From: Squalus acanthias
Taxonomy: Eukaryota
Assembly: GCA_030390025.1 (NCBI GenBank)
Contig: CM059443.1
Span: 26,350,001 to 26,414,000, forward strand
Direction of reading: 5' to 3'
Length of the DNA: 64,000 bases
Numbering within the stretch: position 1 is the stretch's first letter; each line of letters begins with the position of its first letter. The position numbers and the translations under genes were made by a program. Shown one piece after another: positions 49,435 to 63,672 of the stretch. The notes beneath the pieces were generated by a model. That model was not told the origin of the DNA and made no database searches. It saw only the letters and a list, made by a program, of their open reading frames with translations.

Positions 49435-52335
49435 ACCTACCTGGCGAGGGGGGTAAAAAGCAGGACTTCACTTTTGATTTCAGCGACCAAATGTACTCTG
49501 AGCAAGCTTCCAGAGTTTGCAGATGGAGTATACGAAAGATGGAGAGAGAGAGAGAGAAAGCAAGGTCTCCTGAAATCAGGACTGTACATCTGAAAAACTT
49601 TTAATTCCCACAAAAAACGAATGCCGTCTGTAGTTCAAGATGGAAAGAAGTCACATGATTAAGTGGATCTAACAAACAGCAGTTGACGTGTCTGCAGTAA
49701 CCACAAATGGCTGCCCTACAAAATGGTCAATTATGACGGAGATTGGAGAAGACTTGGCGTGTCCGGACATGAGCATGTCTATCCTCTTGGTGATAAAAGT
49801 CGCGCAATGAAGCTGCTTGTTGCCATGGTTGCACTGTTCTTCCCGCGAAGGTAGCAGGAGAGCTGCAATTGCAAAAACAGTCTCCTTTGCTTCGTTGAAG
49901 GTCAATGGGGTACTACGCTTTTATCGGACAGAAAAAAAAATGAAGTCTTTAAATAAATAAAAAATTACTGTATGTAGCATTGTTCACCGACACTCTCGAA
50001 GCATTCAGTTACTGAAATTTTGCACAATTTTTAAACAGCGTGACAACAGGTAGCTTTCATTCAAGCAAGTTTGTCCAATGGTGACTGCATGTGTCTATGG
50101 TGACCGACCATGGGTCTGTCAGCCCTGGTGAAGCTCTAGATTTTGGAGGCAAGAATAGTGGGTTTTGCTCTGCATCATATTTATGATGGCCTGTGTCACA
50201 TGGGAAAGGTTTAAATTGCTGGCACAAGTAGAACTGTTCTGGGGAAAAGTGTAACTTTAAATTCAGTCATTTTACCCTACTGTTTTGGGGGTGGGAGGGG
50301 GTGGGAATCTATACATGGTAAGGCCGAATAAGCGCCTTTGTTGTCATTTTTCCTACACAACTGAGCCAGATCATTTAGAGGTACACTTGTGGTACAGTAC
50401 TAGCTAGTGTAGACTGTAGATAAGTTGCGAGATCCATCGTTCAGGTTATCTCTACTATTGCATTTTGCATACCACATCTTGGCTTACCAGTAGACGGAAG
50501 CCATGTTGGTTCTGTTTTCAGCGCAGTGCAGTTCAGACAATGGGCATTGAACTAGGCCTGGGAGCGAAGGTAATTCTTATAATGCAGACCTTGGGGTTGG
50601 CACAAAACTTCCTACTTGTTTGTTCTACACTATACAAGTGTTATCTATTTAGTCCGATGGTACAATTTTTCATTTTCTGAGGAAATTGGCAGTTTCCCAC
50701 CAATTTTTTTAAATAAATTTACATTTTGGTGTGTGTGCGCGTGTGTTTGTGTGTGTGTGTGTGCGGGGTGGGGGGGGGGGCGGGCGATTAAATCAAAATT
50801 TGCTGCATAAGCCTGCATACTCTTTATAAATTCAGTACTTAAAGATATTGGCTGCTACCAAACAGCCCAACATCTTCAAATTGCGAGGGTTAGCTTAGTG
50901 ATCCTTAGTGGAGCCCAGTTTGAAATGAATTTTAAATATGTGGCAATTGCTAAACACAGTGCAAAATGTAGGGTGTGTTCCTAAAGGTTTTGAAAGAATT
51001 GGTTCCATGCTTATCGGGCAATGTAACCACGACTGCAGCTGAAATCCGTATGAGGTACCCTAGGTCCTACCATTGCAATACTGTGATGTCACAATATTAC
51101 ACAACACAATCTCTTCCTCACCAGTGTCAGTAATACAAGTGCCTTTTTGTTCCCAAGTCTACTTCTGTGTCCTTGGCCCATCAGCTGGGGGAATTCCCCC
51201 ACCCCCCCATCTCTTCCACCTGTGCTCTTACAGTCTTTGGAAAGGCCAGTGCTGCCCCCTGCCCCTTTGTTTTTCTGTGTCTTCCTATTGTCGCTGCGTT
51301 CCCTGTCTTTGTCATAGAATTGCAACCTGTTTACGCTCGCTACTGTACAAAAGAAAAATGTCGGAACACTCTTCTCCCAGCTAACTCCGTTCTTTCATCC
51401 ACATGTCATAGGCTGTGCCTCCCATTACCTGTGCAACTAAGACCCTGCAAGGCCATTGTGGTTTATCAAGGTGTGCCATCTGGACCCCTGTCATGTCCTG
51501 TACCGTTGTGACTAGGCACACGTTGTAACGTCCCACTTCTGTTTGTGAACTTCCTGCTCGTATTTACTGTAGGTTTTTTATATATATACATATATATATT
51601 TAACTGACTTTGTACTGTGTGCTATCCGTTGTGCCCCTATCCTGGTTTTAAAAGAAAAAACGTAAAGAAGCATTAATTCACCAATTTGTTGGTGGGGATT
51701 AAATGTATGAACACCTCATTTAAATATTCTGTATTCTTGTAGCCAATTAAAAAAAAAAAATACAATGTTCTAGCTAGGCTGGTGTAGCACAAATGTGACT
51801 GTATTAATTTATAAACCAAAATGGTGACTGTGAACTAGGTATTTATTTGTGCATTTGAAAGTTTGGGGGAAAAACGACGTCACAGCTTGAACACGGCCAG
51901 GGTTGATGCAATCTCCTCCATGGAATCTGCACCAGTTTCCATTATTCTAAGCAATACATTTCATTGTGACTTGGAACGGGCCTTGTAGTTCATTTGGGAT
52001 GGGGTTGGTTAGATGTAACCAAACTATTATTGTCACTTGGGATTTTGCATTTACCTCTGCCTTACACACTTGGCAAGACAAGAGGGTTGACGCACTGTCA
52101 TCCTAAGCATTGGAATGAAGCAGAAAAACAGTAAATTATAATGTATTGGTATGTAGATAAACTTACATGCATGTATCATTAGGACTTGACAATGGTTTGT
52201 GGGACATACAGTAATTGGTTGTTATGTGGTAATCTGAACATGTACAAACTTGTATTAGGTTTTTGTATAGCATTGGAAAAAAAAAGCGATTCCGCAGGTA
52301 TAAATAATAAAAGACCAAATGTTGGTGATAAACAT
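49435..52335 (+). other. MIDN: Predicted MIDN 3' UTR (~2.9 kb)
   Basis: No recognisable transposons; AU-rich and TGTA-rich in its distal part; ends at a full polyadenylation signal; repeats resume at ~52440. Confidence 0.6.
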
Positions 52336-52380
52336 ATGTCTTGTTCCTTGTTTTGTGTATTTTTTATTGCACATTTATTC
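52306..52380 (+). terminator. Polyadenylation signal
   Basis: AATAAA at 52306-52311, several upstream TGTA motifs, downstream GT/T-rich TGTCTTGTTCCTTGTTTTGTGTATTTTTT. Confidence 0.7.
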
Positions 52381-54239
52381 TCATGTTTTCTTTTTCCTCT
52401 GCCTGAAGATATTGACTCCCAAGTGGCCATCCAAATAGTCTTTTTTCATTGAGCCGAGATAGCGTTGGGAAGGCTGTAGTGCATCAGAGCTCAGTCTCTT
52501 CATCTGATATTCATACATACGTACTTTCCAATAAGAGTCATTGGACGGCAAATGGAAAGGAGAATCTGGGTTACATAGTTTTTGCCCTATATTAGTTGCG
52601 AGTGGATAACTGAGCACAAATCTGGGATCTTCCTGCTCAGTTTCAAACTGGATGGTGCATTTACAAACTAATGTCTATTATCTAGGTGCTTTACTACATA
52701 ACCCCCAAAGCGCAGTGATAATTACTTTTTATACCTCGCTCTCACACACATGTGACAAATGCAAAACAATCTTAAAGAGGAACAGCTGACTGCACCTGTT
52801 ACTGAGGAGCATTTTCCACTTCACAAAATTCCTTGACAAAGCTTTGATCGCTGTTTACTGAACTATTCGACATTGTGATCTTCAACATCTAAACAAAAGG
52901 AAAGCCAGGTTGACCTTTAACTGACCAAACCACTGATCTCAAGAATGCAGAACAATTACACCGCTCAGCCTTAACCAGGTACACACCTACACCTTAATGG
53001 AAATGAACTGGGGACCGGAAAATGGGGCAAACCAGATTACGTCTGGAGTTTGGTCCAATCATTTCCCAATAGGGGGACCATTTGACCTCCACATCAAGGG
53101 GAGAAAGTGTCTGGGGAGGTCTCAGGCTATCCTGGGAATTCTACTCTTTTAATCTTTGAAACACCTCCGTGCAATTCATGCTTCAAACCTTGCTAGAAGT
53201 AAGGGAAATCATCACCTCATGCTGCTAGATTTATGGCTCCCATTGGAACTGAAGATCTTTCAGCGATGGCTTCTCTTTGGGCCTGGGGGCACAATCTAGT
53301 ACCAGAAGAGCCTTGGGGCAGACTAGGTGCTGTTCCATCTAGCAGGCAGAGCGGTGCAGACACCTCTGATATGTCCTTACAGGCATGGCCACCTACCCCA
53401 GACCTGCAAATTATCCCATTCCTGCAATTTGGGATGGGGTCGGAATCCTTCAATTTGGGTGACCGTACGTTGCGCTCCGCCTCACTTCCACCAGCATAGT
53501 GGGCCCATTGGAATTTTGGCCCCTTTGCATCAAGCAGGCATCTGTCACACACCAAATGCCATAATTATTTGAGATGCCAAACAATCTTAAGAAAATAGAA
53601 CTCCAATCATTGTACTGGAGCCAAAACATTACAAACAGTTACAACTGGCCTCTCATTGATCAGTTTATAAGTAGCTACAATAATCTCAATTTGCCTATTA
53701 AGTGACTTTAAAGGCGCAGGACATGTTAGCAGCCAACTATTACAACCATGCTCCAGATCACAGATTATTCATGAGTCATGAATGCTATGACTGGTTTTAC
53801 AATCCCAATCCTTGGCAAGTAATGATTAAAAGCTTATCAGTTTAGTACAGTATCATAAGATCTAAATTGATGCTGTACTATTTATATCTATCTTACTTCG
53901 TTAATGTGTAATGTTTGTAATAGGCGGTGTGTTAAAAGAATTTGTGTTTATACATTGTTTTTCACATCCTTCACAGCCAATAAAGTACTTTTGAAGTGTA
54001 ATCACTCTTGCTTTGTCGGGGCCAGGAGGAGCAGGAGTGCCACTTAAGCTGGAAGCCGGTGGACTGCCCTTGGCTGCCCCATCTTCCCCTACTGGCAGCC
54101 GATCGGTGCCCTCTTCCCTCCTGGATGGGAAGTCTACTGCTAGAATTTAAGTGAGGTCTGGGAGTTAAAATACCTGGGCTGGAAACCTAATGAGTGCGTT
54201 TCACACTCGCCACCCAGCCCAATCCACCGAGATCCATTC

Positions 54240-55380
54240 AGGGAAATGCGGTAGATGTGGTGTACATGGACTTTCATAAAGTCTTTGACAAGGAGCCACA
54301 CAGGTGACTATTGGAGAAGATTAAGGAGTATGGAATTGGGGGGAGCATTAAAAACTAGTTAGAAGGGAACAAACAGAAGAGAAATGAAGGTCAGTCTCTC
54401 AATGTAGTTGGAAGTAGGTAGCGGTGTCCCACAGGGTTCTGTTCTGGGATTACTTCTGTTCACTGTGTACATCAATGATTTGGGTATAGGGCTAGTGAGA
54501 TTGATGTCCAAATTTTCAGTGATACTAAAATAGGAGGCCCAGTAAATATTTTTAAGGACCAAAGGAAGCTGGAAGGGGATATTGTTAAGATGGTGGAATG
54601 GGCAAAAAGTGGTAGATGGAATTCAATTACAGTTTATTTGAGGTGTTACATTTTGATAAAAACAGTAGTAATTATACTACAAATGGGAAAAAGCTGTGTG
54701 ATGTGGAAGAGCAGAGGGATTTGGGCATTCAGGTTCACAAGACTTTAAAAGCAGAACCTCAACTGGATAAGGCCATGAAGAAAGCTGGACTTTATAGCAA
54801 GAGCTGTAGAATACAAAAGTCCAAATGTAATGGAGAATCTGTATAAAACTTTAGTAAGACCACAGGCGGCGTATTGTGTGTAGTTTTGGTCTCCACACTA
54901 TAGGAAGGATTTTGAAGCAATAGATTCACTAAGATGCTGCCTTGTTTACAAAATAAAACAATGAAGGACTTGAAAAATTGGGGTTATTTTTATTAGAACA
55001 AAGGAGGTTAAGGAATTATTTGATAGAGGTGTTTAAAATTATGAAGGCATGGGACAGAGCAGATTGTTTCCAGTGATTGAGGGGTTTAAGAACCAGGGGA
55101 CATAAATATAAGAATTAATGTAAGAGCTTTAGTACAGAGAGCAGGAGAAACTATTTTACATAGTGTGTGAGGCTGTGGAATGCACCACTGGAATTAGTGA
55201 TTGAAACAGAGACCACGTCAACATATAAGAATAGGTTAGATAGGTGGATGAAGGAAAGGGAAATAATAGGAACAGAGTGGCACATGGAGTTAAGACTACT
55301 GCTCATGTCTAGGACAAACACTAACATGGACTGGTTGGGCCAAATGGTTTGTTTCTATGTTGCAATTTCTGTGTAATTCA
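54240..55380 (+). mobile_element. CR1 LINE reverse transcriptase and 3' fragment (older, with deletions)
   Basis: VDVVYMDFHKVFDK, SGVPQGSVLGLLLFTVYINDL, EEQRDLGIQVH and RLWNAP motifs; CR1-like tail. Confidence 0.88.
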
Positions 55381-56164
55381 ATGGGCATATCAAAATAATA
55401 CTCATGTTTATGCAATATGAATGAGTATATGTGATTCCCAGGAACAAGACATACCTGCAGGGTGACAGTGCACCCACCATGATCCATAGCAGTGTAAATG
55501 GTATAACCTTTCTCCAATGGAAGCTCCTAATCTCCAAAGGCACTGACTCCTGCTGGGGAACAGTTCAGCTGGTTGCCCAAGTGCCCATTTTTCACGCATG
55601 AGCCCAGACAGTGAATGTCAGCTGGGAGACGGTAGATCAGCACAGACCAGGATTCAAAACTAGAACCTGCTGGTCTGTTAGGCTTAGTAGCAGACCACAT
55701 GGCGTATTACCCACTGAGCCATTGGGAGCTACCAGACTTCAGTCTTATTTTGCTCCCTTTTTCTGCCAGTTCCCCCTCCAAAGGTTTTGATACTTTGTTA
55801 GAATATGGTTCCAAGGATGTCGGCACCCTTCAGTACTTGCCCATGTGGCTAATCTGAATGTGCAAGCCCAGGTGAGTGTCAACAGGTGTTTGATAGCCAC
55901 AGGCATCAGAGCTGAGCCAGTTTTGACCTGACCCGACCTGACATCCATATGTATGCTCTGCTATTATGGGTTGCTGGACAGGGAATAGGAATGGGAACCT
56001 TCCCTAGCCCAGAGGTGCTGAGTAAGCAATTGTAGTGCTTCTACCAGCATCCCAGTTGAAATCGACACACACCAGTGATCAAATCTGCTGATGAGCTTAA
56101 CCAGCTGAACCATCTAGGGGGCTCTAAGCCTGAGTTTTGTAAAGAGGAGACCCTCTGGATGCAA

Positions 56165-56415
56165 ACATGAACACCTCCAAGTCTCCTTCCATGTCACGCA
56201 CCATCCTGACTTGAACATATGTCGCCGTTCCTTCATCATCGCTGGGTCTAAATCCTGGAACTCCCTATCTAACAGCACTGTGGGAGTAACTTCACCACAC
56301 GGACTGCAGCGGTTCAAGAAGGCGGCTCACCGCCACCTTCTCAAGGGCAACTAAGGGTGGGCAATAAATGCTGGCCTTGCCAGCAACGCCCACTTCCTAA
56401 GAATGAATAAAAGAA
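56165..56415 (+). mobile_element. 3' end of the same LINE family as 13342-14870
   Basis: CCATCCTGACTTG..AATCCTGGAACTCCCT..CTGCAGCGGTTCAAGAAGGCGGCTCACC..GAATGAATAAAA. Confidence 0.85.
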
Positions 56416-56974
56416 GAATAACAATGGTAGGAGAGGTTCATTGAATTGAATTGGGACAAGGGAAGGATATTTTCTAGATTCAGACAGAAAAGTGAGTAAA
56501 ACAGAAGTGGAACCAATAGTATTTACTCACTTCTCCCTTCTGCCTCTAAATAATGGGCTAATTTTTTGATAACCTTGTGAGAAATTCTTTCCTTGCCAAT
56601 TAGTAAATTTTGCAATTAAAAACCAAAACTGACAAATGTTTATGTAGCAGCTGTCATGCAGCTCCTTGCCAGACAACTCCCTTCACACCAGACATTCTCA
56701 GCTACATTTCTGATTACCGACTGCAAACTTCAAGGATCAGGGCCACGGTGAATTCCAGCGTATCTATGCAGAAGCAAATGCCTCACAAATGTGCTACATG
56801 CCACGCCATAAAACATCGACTGCAGAAAGCGGCTAACGGGTTATGCGATTTTCACTAATGATTTGAGAGCTCCACATTTTTTAATGTCAATTTAGAAGAC
56901 TGGGGAAGCAGTTTACATCATTAAACATGCAGATCTGAAATGGCTTGAAATGTCACAAACAAATATTGAGACAA

Positions 56975-57360
56975 GGAGGATGATTTTCGATTCCAACGTA
57001 AACCTTTTTTTGCGGTTGGGCCTCATTGCCATGACTTTGGTGAGCCGCCAAAGTGAAAGGCAGTTCGCTGACCTGCGGGTCGGAAATCGAACGGGGCAGC
57101 TGATTTTAAAGTGCCTACAGACAGCAGCACCTTAAAGGGGAGGGGTGGAAATATTGGGAGCGAGAGGAACCACCAGTTTTGAGCAGCCGGCCATATTTTT
57201 GCAGCACTTAAAGCAGCAAGGAGATTAAATATGGAAGCCTTTAAGGCTCAAAACCCACAAGCGACTGCAGTTAGAATGAGTGCCAAACATGCTTCCAGCA
57301 TTACCTGACTGTAGCTAAGGTTTCCTTGAATGGATGTTCACAATGGGCATGGTTGCCTCA
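56975..57360 (+). mobile_element. Possible left end of another Harbinger-type element (leader and start of Myb/SANT ORF)
   Basis: Shares TTTAAAG..GCAGC..CTTAAAGGGGA and CATT..GGTGAGC blocks with 2150-2250; cut off by a CR1-type tail at 57360. Confidence 0.35.
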
Positions 57361-57645
57361 TAGAAACATAGAAACATAGAATCTAGGAGCAGGAGTAGGC
57401 CATTCGGCCCATCGAGCCTACTCCACCATTCAATACGATCATGGCTGATCATCCAAATCCAGTACCCTGTCCCTGCTTTAATCCCCACAGTACACTTATC
57501 CCACCCTACCCCCGTAACCCCACGTATTTAATTCCCCCTAACATATCCCATCCTATCCCCATAACCCCACATATTTAATCCCCCCCTAACACTAAGGGTC
57601 AATTTATCATAGCCAAATCAACCTAACCCGCACATTTTTGGACTC
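57360..57645 (-). mobile_element. CR1-type 3' tail plus SINE-like fragment
   Basis: (CATAGAAA)n microsatellite tail followed by AGGAGCAGGAGTAGGCCATTCGGCCC. Confidence 0.75.
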
Positions 57646-57751
57646 CCGACTTCTACCACCCATGTTTGGTGGGCGGGAGCAGGAACTGGCCGTAATCCAG
57701 CGGGCAGAGACAAGAATGGCAGCAGGGTCATAACTATGTAATTTGACACGG

Positions 57752-58215
57752 ATTTTTTTTATTCATTCACGGGATGTGGGCATCGCTGGCAAGGCCATCA
57801 TTTATTGCCCACCCCTACTTGCCCTTGAGAAGGTGGTAGTGAGCTGCCTTCTTGAACCGCTGCAGTCCATGTTATCACGGTTTGGTACAACTGAGTGGCT
57901 TAGCTAGGCCATTTCAGTGGGCAGTTAAGAGTCAACCACATTGCTGTGGGTCTGGAGTCACATATAGGCCAGACCAGGTAAGGACGGCAGATTTCCTTCC
58001 CTAAAGGACATTAGTGAACCAGATGGGTTTTTATGACAATCTGGTAGTTTCATGGTCACCATTACTGATACTAGCTTTTTATTCCAGAGTTATTTAATTA
58101 ACTGAATTTAAATTCCCCAGCTGCCATGGTGGCGATTTGAATTCATGTCTCTGGATAATTAAACCAGGCCTCTGGATTACTTGTCCAGTAACATAACCAC
58201 TATGCTACTGTTCCC
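57752..58215 (-). mobile_element. SINE with tRNA-like head and the 3' tail of the 13342-14870 LINE family
   Basis: 57752-57870 matches the LINE 3' end; the distal end reads GTAGCATAGTGGTTATGTT..GAATTCAAATC on the minus strand (A/B-box-like). Confidence 0.65.
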
Positions 58216-61200
58216 ATTCACACATATGGATGAGGACCAACCTGTAAACACCTTCTAGCACCTGTGAACGCCCATCTTTTATGGGCGGATTGATGACTGA
58301 GTGCTATACAAGCATAAACGTTGGGAAACTGTGTGGACACTAAATGATGTAATTGGTAAAACAGAAACAGAAAATGCTGTAAACACTCAGCAGGCCAGGC
58401 AGCATCTGTGAAGAGAACAAATGAGTTGACATATCAACTATGGACCCATCGTCAGAACTCAAAACTGGAAATTGCTGCCTGATTTTAATAAAACGGGTAG
58501 GTCCTTCTGGCACCAGTACAAAACCTGACAAGGTAATTGAATGGGGCGCTAAATGGAGGCATTTTGATGTAACAGATCTCACTCCATTTTTCTCATCAGT
58601 TATGCCCACACTTAGTGAATGAGTCACATTGGACAATACTATTCATCAGCTGGTTGGAGCAGTGGTTTACAAACTTTTCTGTGTAGGGACCTCTTGCAAA
58701 TATTGACATACTCTTGGCTATCCTTACAAATACTAACATACTATGGAGGCTCTCTTGCTAATATTGACACACCCTTGAGGACCTCTGTCCTAATGTCTGA
58801 AAGACTGTGTCAGGTCCGAAAAAGAAAACCAGTGTTATCATTGCAGAAGATGTTCTTTTATTAATATTAGCCGATCTCCTGTGACATGGCTCATGAATAA
58901 TCTGGTGTACGGAGCACAGTTGTGATGTTTCGCTACTAATGCTGCTTTCCCTTTAAGGCTACTTCTCAAGTGTTCCATGTGGTGAAGTGGTATATTGGTA
59001 AATCCAGGCAGTTGTAGCTGCCTGTAAACCCCTGAAGTCAATTAAAGGACAGATATATGCTTGTAAATTTCAGACACCAGGTCAGAAGAACCCAGCATGA
59101 AATGAGTGACTTTTTTGTAAGAACCCTGTGATGAAATGTGACAGATAAAGATTAGAAACAAAAACTAGTATTACCTCTCTTTCAAATTGATGGTAAACTG
59201 GGCCATCTTTCAGTGATCAACTGCGCAAGTTTTCAAGCTGTACAAAGTTAGATTGCCCCTCCACTGCCATGGCGACACTGGATGCCAGGGATGATCAGGC
59301 ATTGCTCCAGGTCAAATCGCAAAAGATATGTTTGTTGATGTATTTCTGTCATTTGAATGTCCTTTCAATATGCCTATATGGGCAGACATATTAAAATGTC
59401 ACCCGGCACATCGTGGGTGGGGAAGCAGCAGAGCTCATCATGTCTCATTTTCCACCCCAGTTCCACACAGAAACTGGCAGAGGGAGGGCGTTGATTCATG
59501 GTCTCTATGCTTTTTGTGTGTGCGTCTTACCTTCTAAATTAGGGTGATCAAATGCCCCAGTTTGGCCAGTTTATTTTTTGACTGGTCTGTTCCACAGCCC
59601 TGATCAGTTGTTATGTGACATCCGAGCATTTGATTGAGAGAGCTGTTTTTGGAAAGGTGTGGCCATTAAAAGGATACGTCCATCTTGGCTGGATTTCAGT
59701 TCAAAAGTCTGGTCACCTTGTTCGAAGTAATGAACCCTGAACTGAGTCACAATGCTAGTCTCAACAGTGTCCATCATTCTGCACTAACGCATTAAACAGA
59801 AAACCCTGAAGAGTCCCGTAAGGATAGAGTTAGATGTAAGCCTTCTCCACATGATCACACACTATTAGTAAATCAATAAGTCACACGGTAGTATAGGCTG
59901 CATGCTCTTTGTAGACTTTGGTGACATTTTTACGTGACTTGTAAATTACATCCTCCCCCATATATTTCATGTGTGACCTATACTTGCGGATTAATATATG
60001 AAACCAGAATTGAAATATGCTCACCGAAACATTTTGACTCACAGTATTTTTCCTTCACAGATTTTGCAGTACTTGTATCTTTACTTAACGGTAAAGTATT
60101 TCCTACACTGGGCCAACATAATACTAAGGAGTTAGTTAATCTCATTGATAAAAATCAGATTAATACCTAACATTTGTTGGTAACTTTCCTGGCTTTTTAA
60201 AAAAACAAGTGCAGGGGCTCCTGGTAATTTACAGAAATGTGGTGACGTTTCTCAGCTGTTCCCTTAACTCCAGATCAGAGCTTTCAGTCCTCACTTATTT
60301 CATTCAATTTTTTTTGCCTTGACTTCTTTACTCCTTGTCACAGTTATGGTTTAAATGATACAACTGAAGACTGGTTCCAGTGTAAAGTTGAACCTGGATT
60401 CTGTGAACAGCTTGGGCCTCAAATGCCTCAACACCCCCACTCTCTCCGCCACTGGAAATGTGGTGCAGGCGGGACTTCTGGCCACCAGTCTGCTCCAGCT
60501 TCGACCCTGTCTCAAATTGCAGCGATAAGAGTTGTTTGCATAAAAGGGAGAGGCACCTATGACATTTAAAGACATTTCTTTCTCTGTGACATTTACAACG
60601 CTCTCTGGGCCTCTGCCTGGTTGGTGCTAGACCAAGTATCTGGGAGCAGCAAAGATTTCGATTTTTTTTTGCAAAGTACCATTTGAAAAGAACCTCAATT
60701 ATCTGCCATAATGGAGGGAATCCCTCCTGCTGGATAATATTAAACTGGTAGATAATGGAGAATTCCCAAATCCTCTTTCAACAGGTGCTTTGAATGAATT
60801 TCGTAAACTTCTCTTGTTTTATTTTAAACTGAAGATTGTCATTTAAAAAAAAATTAAATTCTGGCAGCCTTGATTCCACCTGATATTCCTATCCAACTGC
60901 CGTGAAAATTCAGGCGGACAATTGAGAGTGTGGACAATGGGAGTGTGGATATTTTTAAAGTGTAAATTACAGCATGGTGAATCGAAGCATGTACGTACAG
61001 CTGTGATGTGTGAAGAATATTTATCGTCAGTCCACTGGTGGGAAAACCCTCATATTTCACACAGCCCCGCGCCATAGCCTCTCTTTTAATACACTTAAAA
61101 AATAATAGTAAATCTCTGGTTGTGAAGCACTTTGGCACATCTTGAGGATGTGAAAAGCAATGTATAAATACAAGCTCGTTCTTCAGTATCATAGCAATAG

Positions 61201-61849
61201 CTGTTTTAGTAAACACAGTGGGAGTTAGTGAAATATAAAAAAAGTTAAATGGTTAAAGTAAGGTCAATCCTACTTTGAAATAAAGTTAACTAATAGTACC
61301 AGAAGTGATGAATATATTCCAGTTAAAATAAATTGAGATCAGATACTAGAGGAACTTCTTCAAGTAAATAAAATGCCAGGCTGAGTAGGAGAGATAGGCC
61401 ATTCAAAGGACAGTTGGATGGTGGGCCGGGAGAGTTGGAATACCAGAGGGATGAGGTGCGGGGGGTGAGCTGGCTGGCCTTTTCTCGTCCTTGACTTTTC
61501 TCCTGATCTTCCTTTAATCCCATCATACAGGTTTGTTTTTCACAACATGGTGCTAAAATTTAAGGCAGATGGATTAACAAGCTCGAGATTTATGAGTCAC
61601 GGCTGCACATAGACGTCAAAAGAATTACACAGTACTGATGCAACCCATGGCAGCGATGTGATAAGACCAATCGCTTTGAACTTAAAGAAGTCCAGATACT
61701 CCTGTGAACTGGAACGGCAATTCTTCTTGCTTATTATTGTGAGTAAAGTGCGCTTTACATTTGAGCTAGCCGTGTCAGATACTGAAGGCAGCTTGTGTGG
61801 CTTTTTAGAATACTGCCATCTTACTTTATTCATTGCAGTAGAAATAGTT

Positions 61850-62000
61850 TTGGGCGATAGCGCTAAACGGGAGATATTGCATCGACCACCCATCAGTTCT
61901 ATTCAAGTCAATGGAACTGAATATCGGGCGGGGTGTATAGCAAGCAGTCGATTCGATAGCGCCTGTTTTGCACTACCACCCAAGTCGGATTTCAACCCCA
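61850..62000. repeat. Short palindromic MITE-like remnant
   Basis: TTGGGCGATAGCGCTAAAC versus GTTTTGCACTACCACCCAA around a central ATTCAAGTCAATG; ends GATTTCAACCCC. Confidence 0.45.
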
Positions 62001-63672
62001 TTAGGTTTGTTCAACCAGCTCAGTTAGGAAACCCACTGTCTAAAGACCAGGTGGGTGCCTGGCTCCAACCCCGGATGGTGCTGAGTTACCTGATCTTTGC
62101 TGGGGCGGTGATACAATTGGTCTCAAGAAAATTCTGTCAGACTTTCTACTCCTGATCACTCTCCAATAATTACTTCTGGAAAGTGCTGGTATGGGGCTAT
62201 CAGGTGAGAATTGGGCTTGGCTGTGATCCCACCACCTGAAATGGACTGGCCATATGAGAAGTCGGGAGATTTCCCGAGTGATTCCGTGAATGGCTCCGTC
62301 GTGCTCTATTATCGGAGTCCCAAATCCCAAACCACCCCCCTTTCGGGAAGCCAATCTGCCAAATTGTTGCATAGCCTAATGACACTCAAGCATGACTTTG
62401 CAAATTGATTGCCCCATGTTTTGGGTGGTACTGGGCTGGGCTGCATCAGAAAATAGGGTGGGGACCCATAATAAGAAGGAAAAGAAAGAAAGACTTGCAT
62501 TTATATAGTGCCTTTCACAACCTCAGGACATCCCAAAGTGCTTTACAGACAATTACGTACTTTTGACTGTAGTCAATATTGTAATGGAGGAATACTGGAG
62601 CCCTTCCAATTTTCTGTCAGAAGTCAAAACTCTGGTGGATTCGCTCGCCCAAATCCGTTGGGCGCACTTACATGAAATGCTAGTGATGAACTACTGCTAT
62701 ATGTTCTATTATTAGTACCTCATTACTGACAGATATTAAGAATGCCTAATATCAGATGTCCATTATTGATAAACAGAGCTGCAAAGGCAGAAGGCCTTTT
62801 AAAGGTCACAGCGAAAACTTCATACTTCCCAGGGAGTGGGAAACCTCACTAATAATCACCTCCCTAAACCAGGGCACTTAGGCTGTATGTAGCCCTCCAC
62901 CACGGTTTCAGCTGAGTCTTTGCATTGAACCTGGGACCTTGTTGGTCCAGGTGCTTCAGCTACTCACTGGATAAACTCGTGGAGCCATCGAGGAGGACAA
63001 TTTTGAATCAGTGAGCACCATTTCCTAGATTGCACCTCACCAGTATCTGCCATCGGATGGACCCACAGTCCTTCCAGGTGTATTTGTACTGGCAACTAAG
63101 ATGGGAAACTGCCCATGTTCCCACTGTGCCAATCCCTTTGCTATGGGGTATTCTAGAACTGATACGCAGCGAAAAAGGGAAGGGACACCATTCCAAAATT
63201 GGAACGGGGAGAATAATGGAGATAAAAGTTCAATAGTCATTGAAAAGGAATTGTATGGGCTTCCCCAGTTGCTCAGTGGGTTGATGCCATCACCAGGTAT
63301 GTTACTAAGAAACACAGACCAGAAATGTGCCAGGATCAATCTTTGGTCTGCAATATGTCAGCTGATATCATTCAGGATGGTGGTTGTTATTACTATATTA
63401 CACTAATTGGAAGGGGGAAATCAGTCAGAGTTCCCCCTTTTGATCACTATCTAATGATGACCCCTTCTGGAAACTGTGTATGCATCGACCAGTAATGGTC
63501 AGTTCAGGCTTAGTTGACAGTGTCCAGGTCAATACATGAAGAATGGGTGAATTGGATGAAGTTCTGGAGTGTGCCCAGTGCGTGTGGAACTGTATCTCAG
63601 CACAGGTCACTGCCTTATGGCAGGAAACCAGAAACAAATTGCAGTGGAATCTGTGCAATGTAACACAATTTT

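Noticed and set aside
58480-63670. Exons of a downstream neighbouring gene
   Set aside because: No ORF resembles a protein I recognise; the region looks intergenic with decayed repeats.
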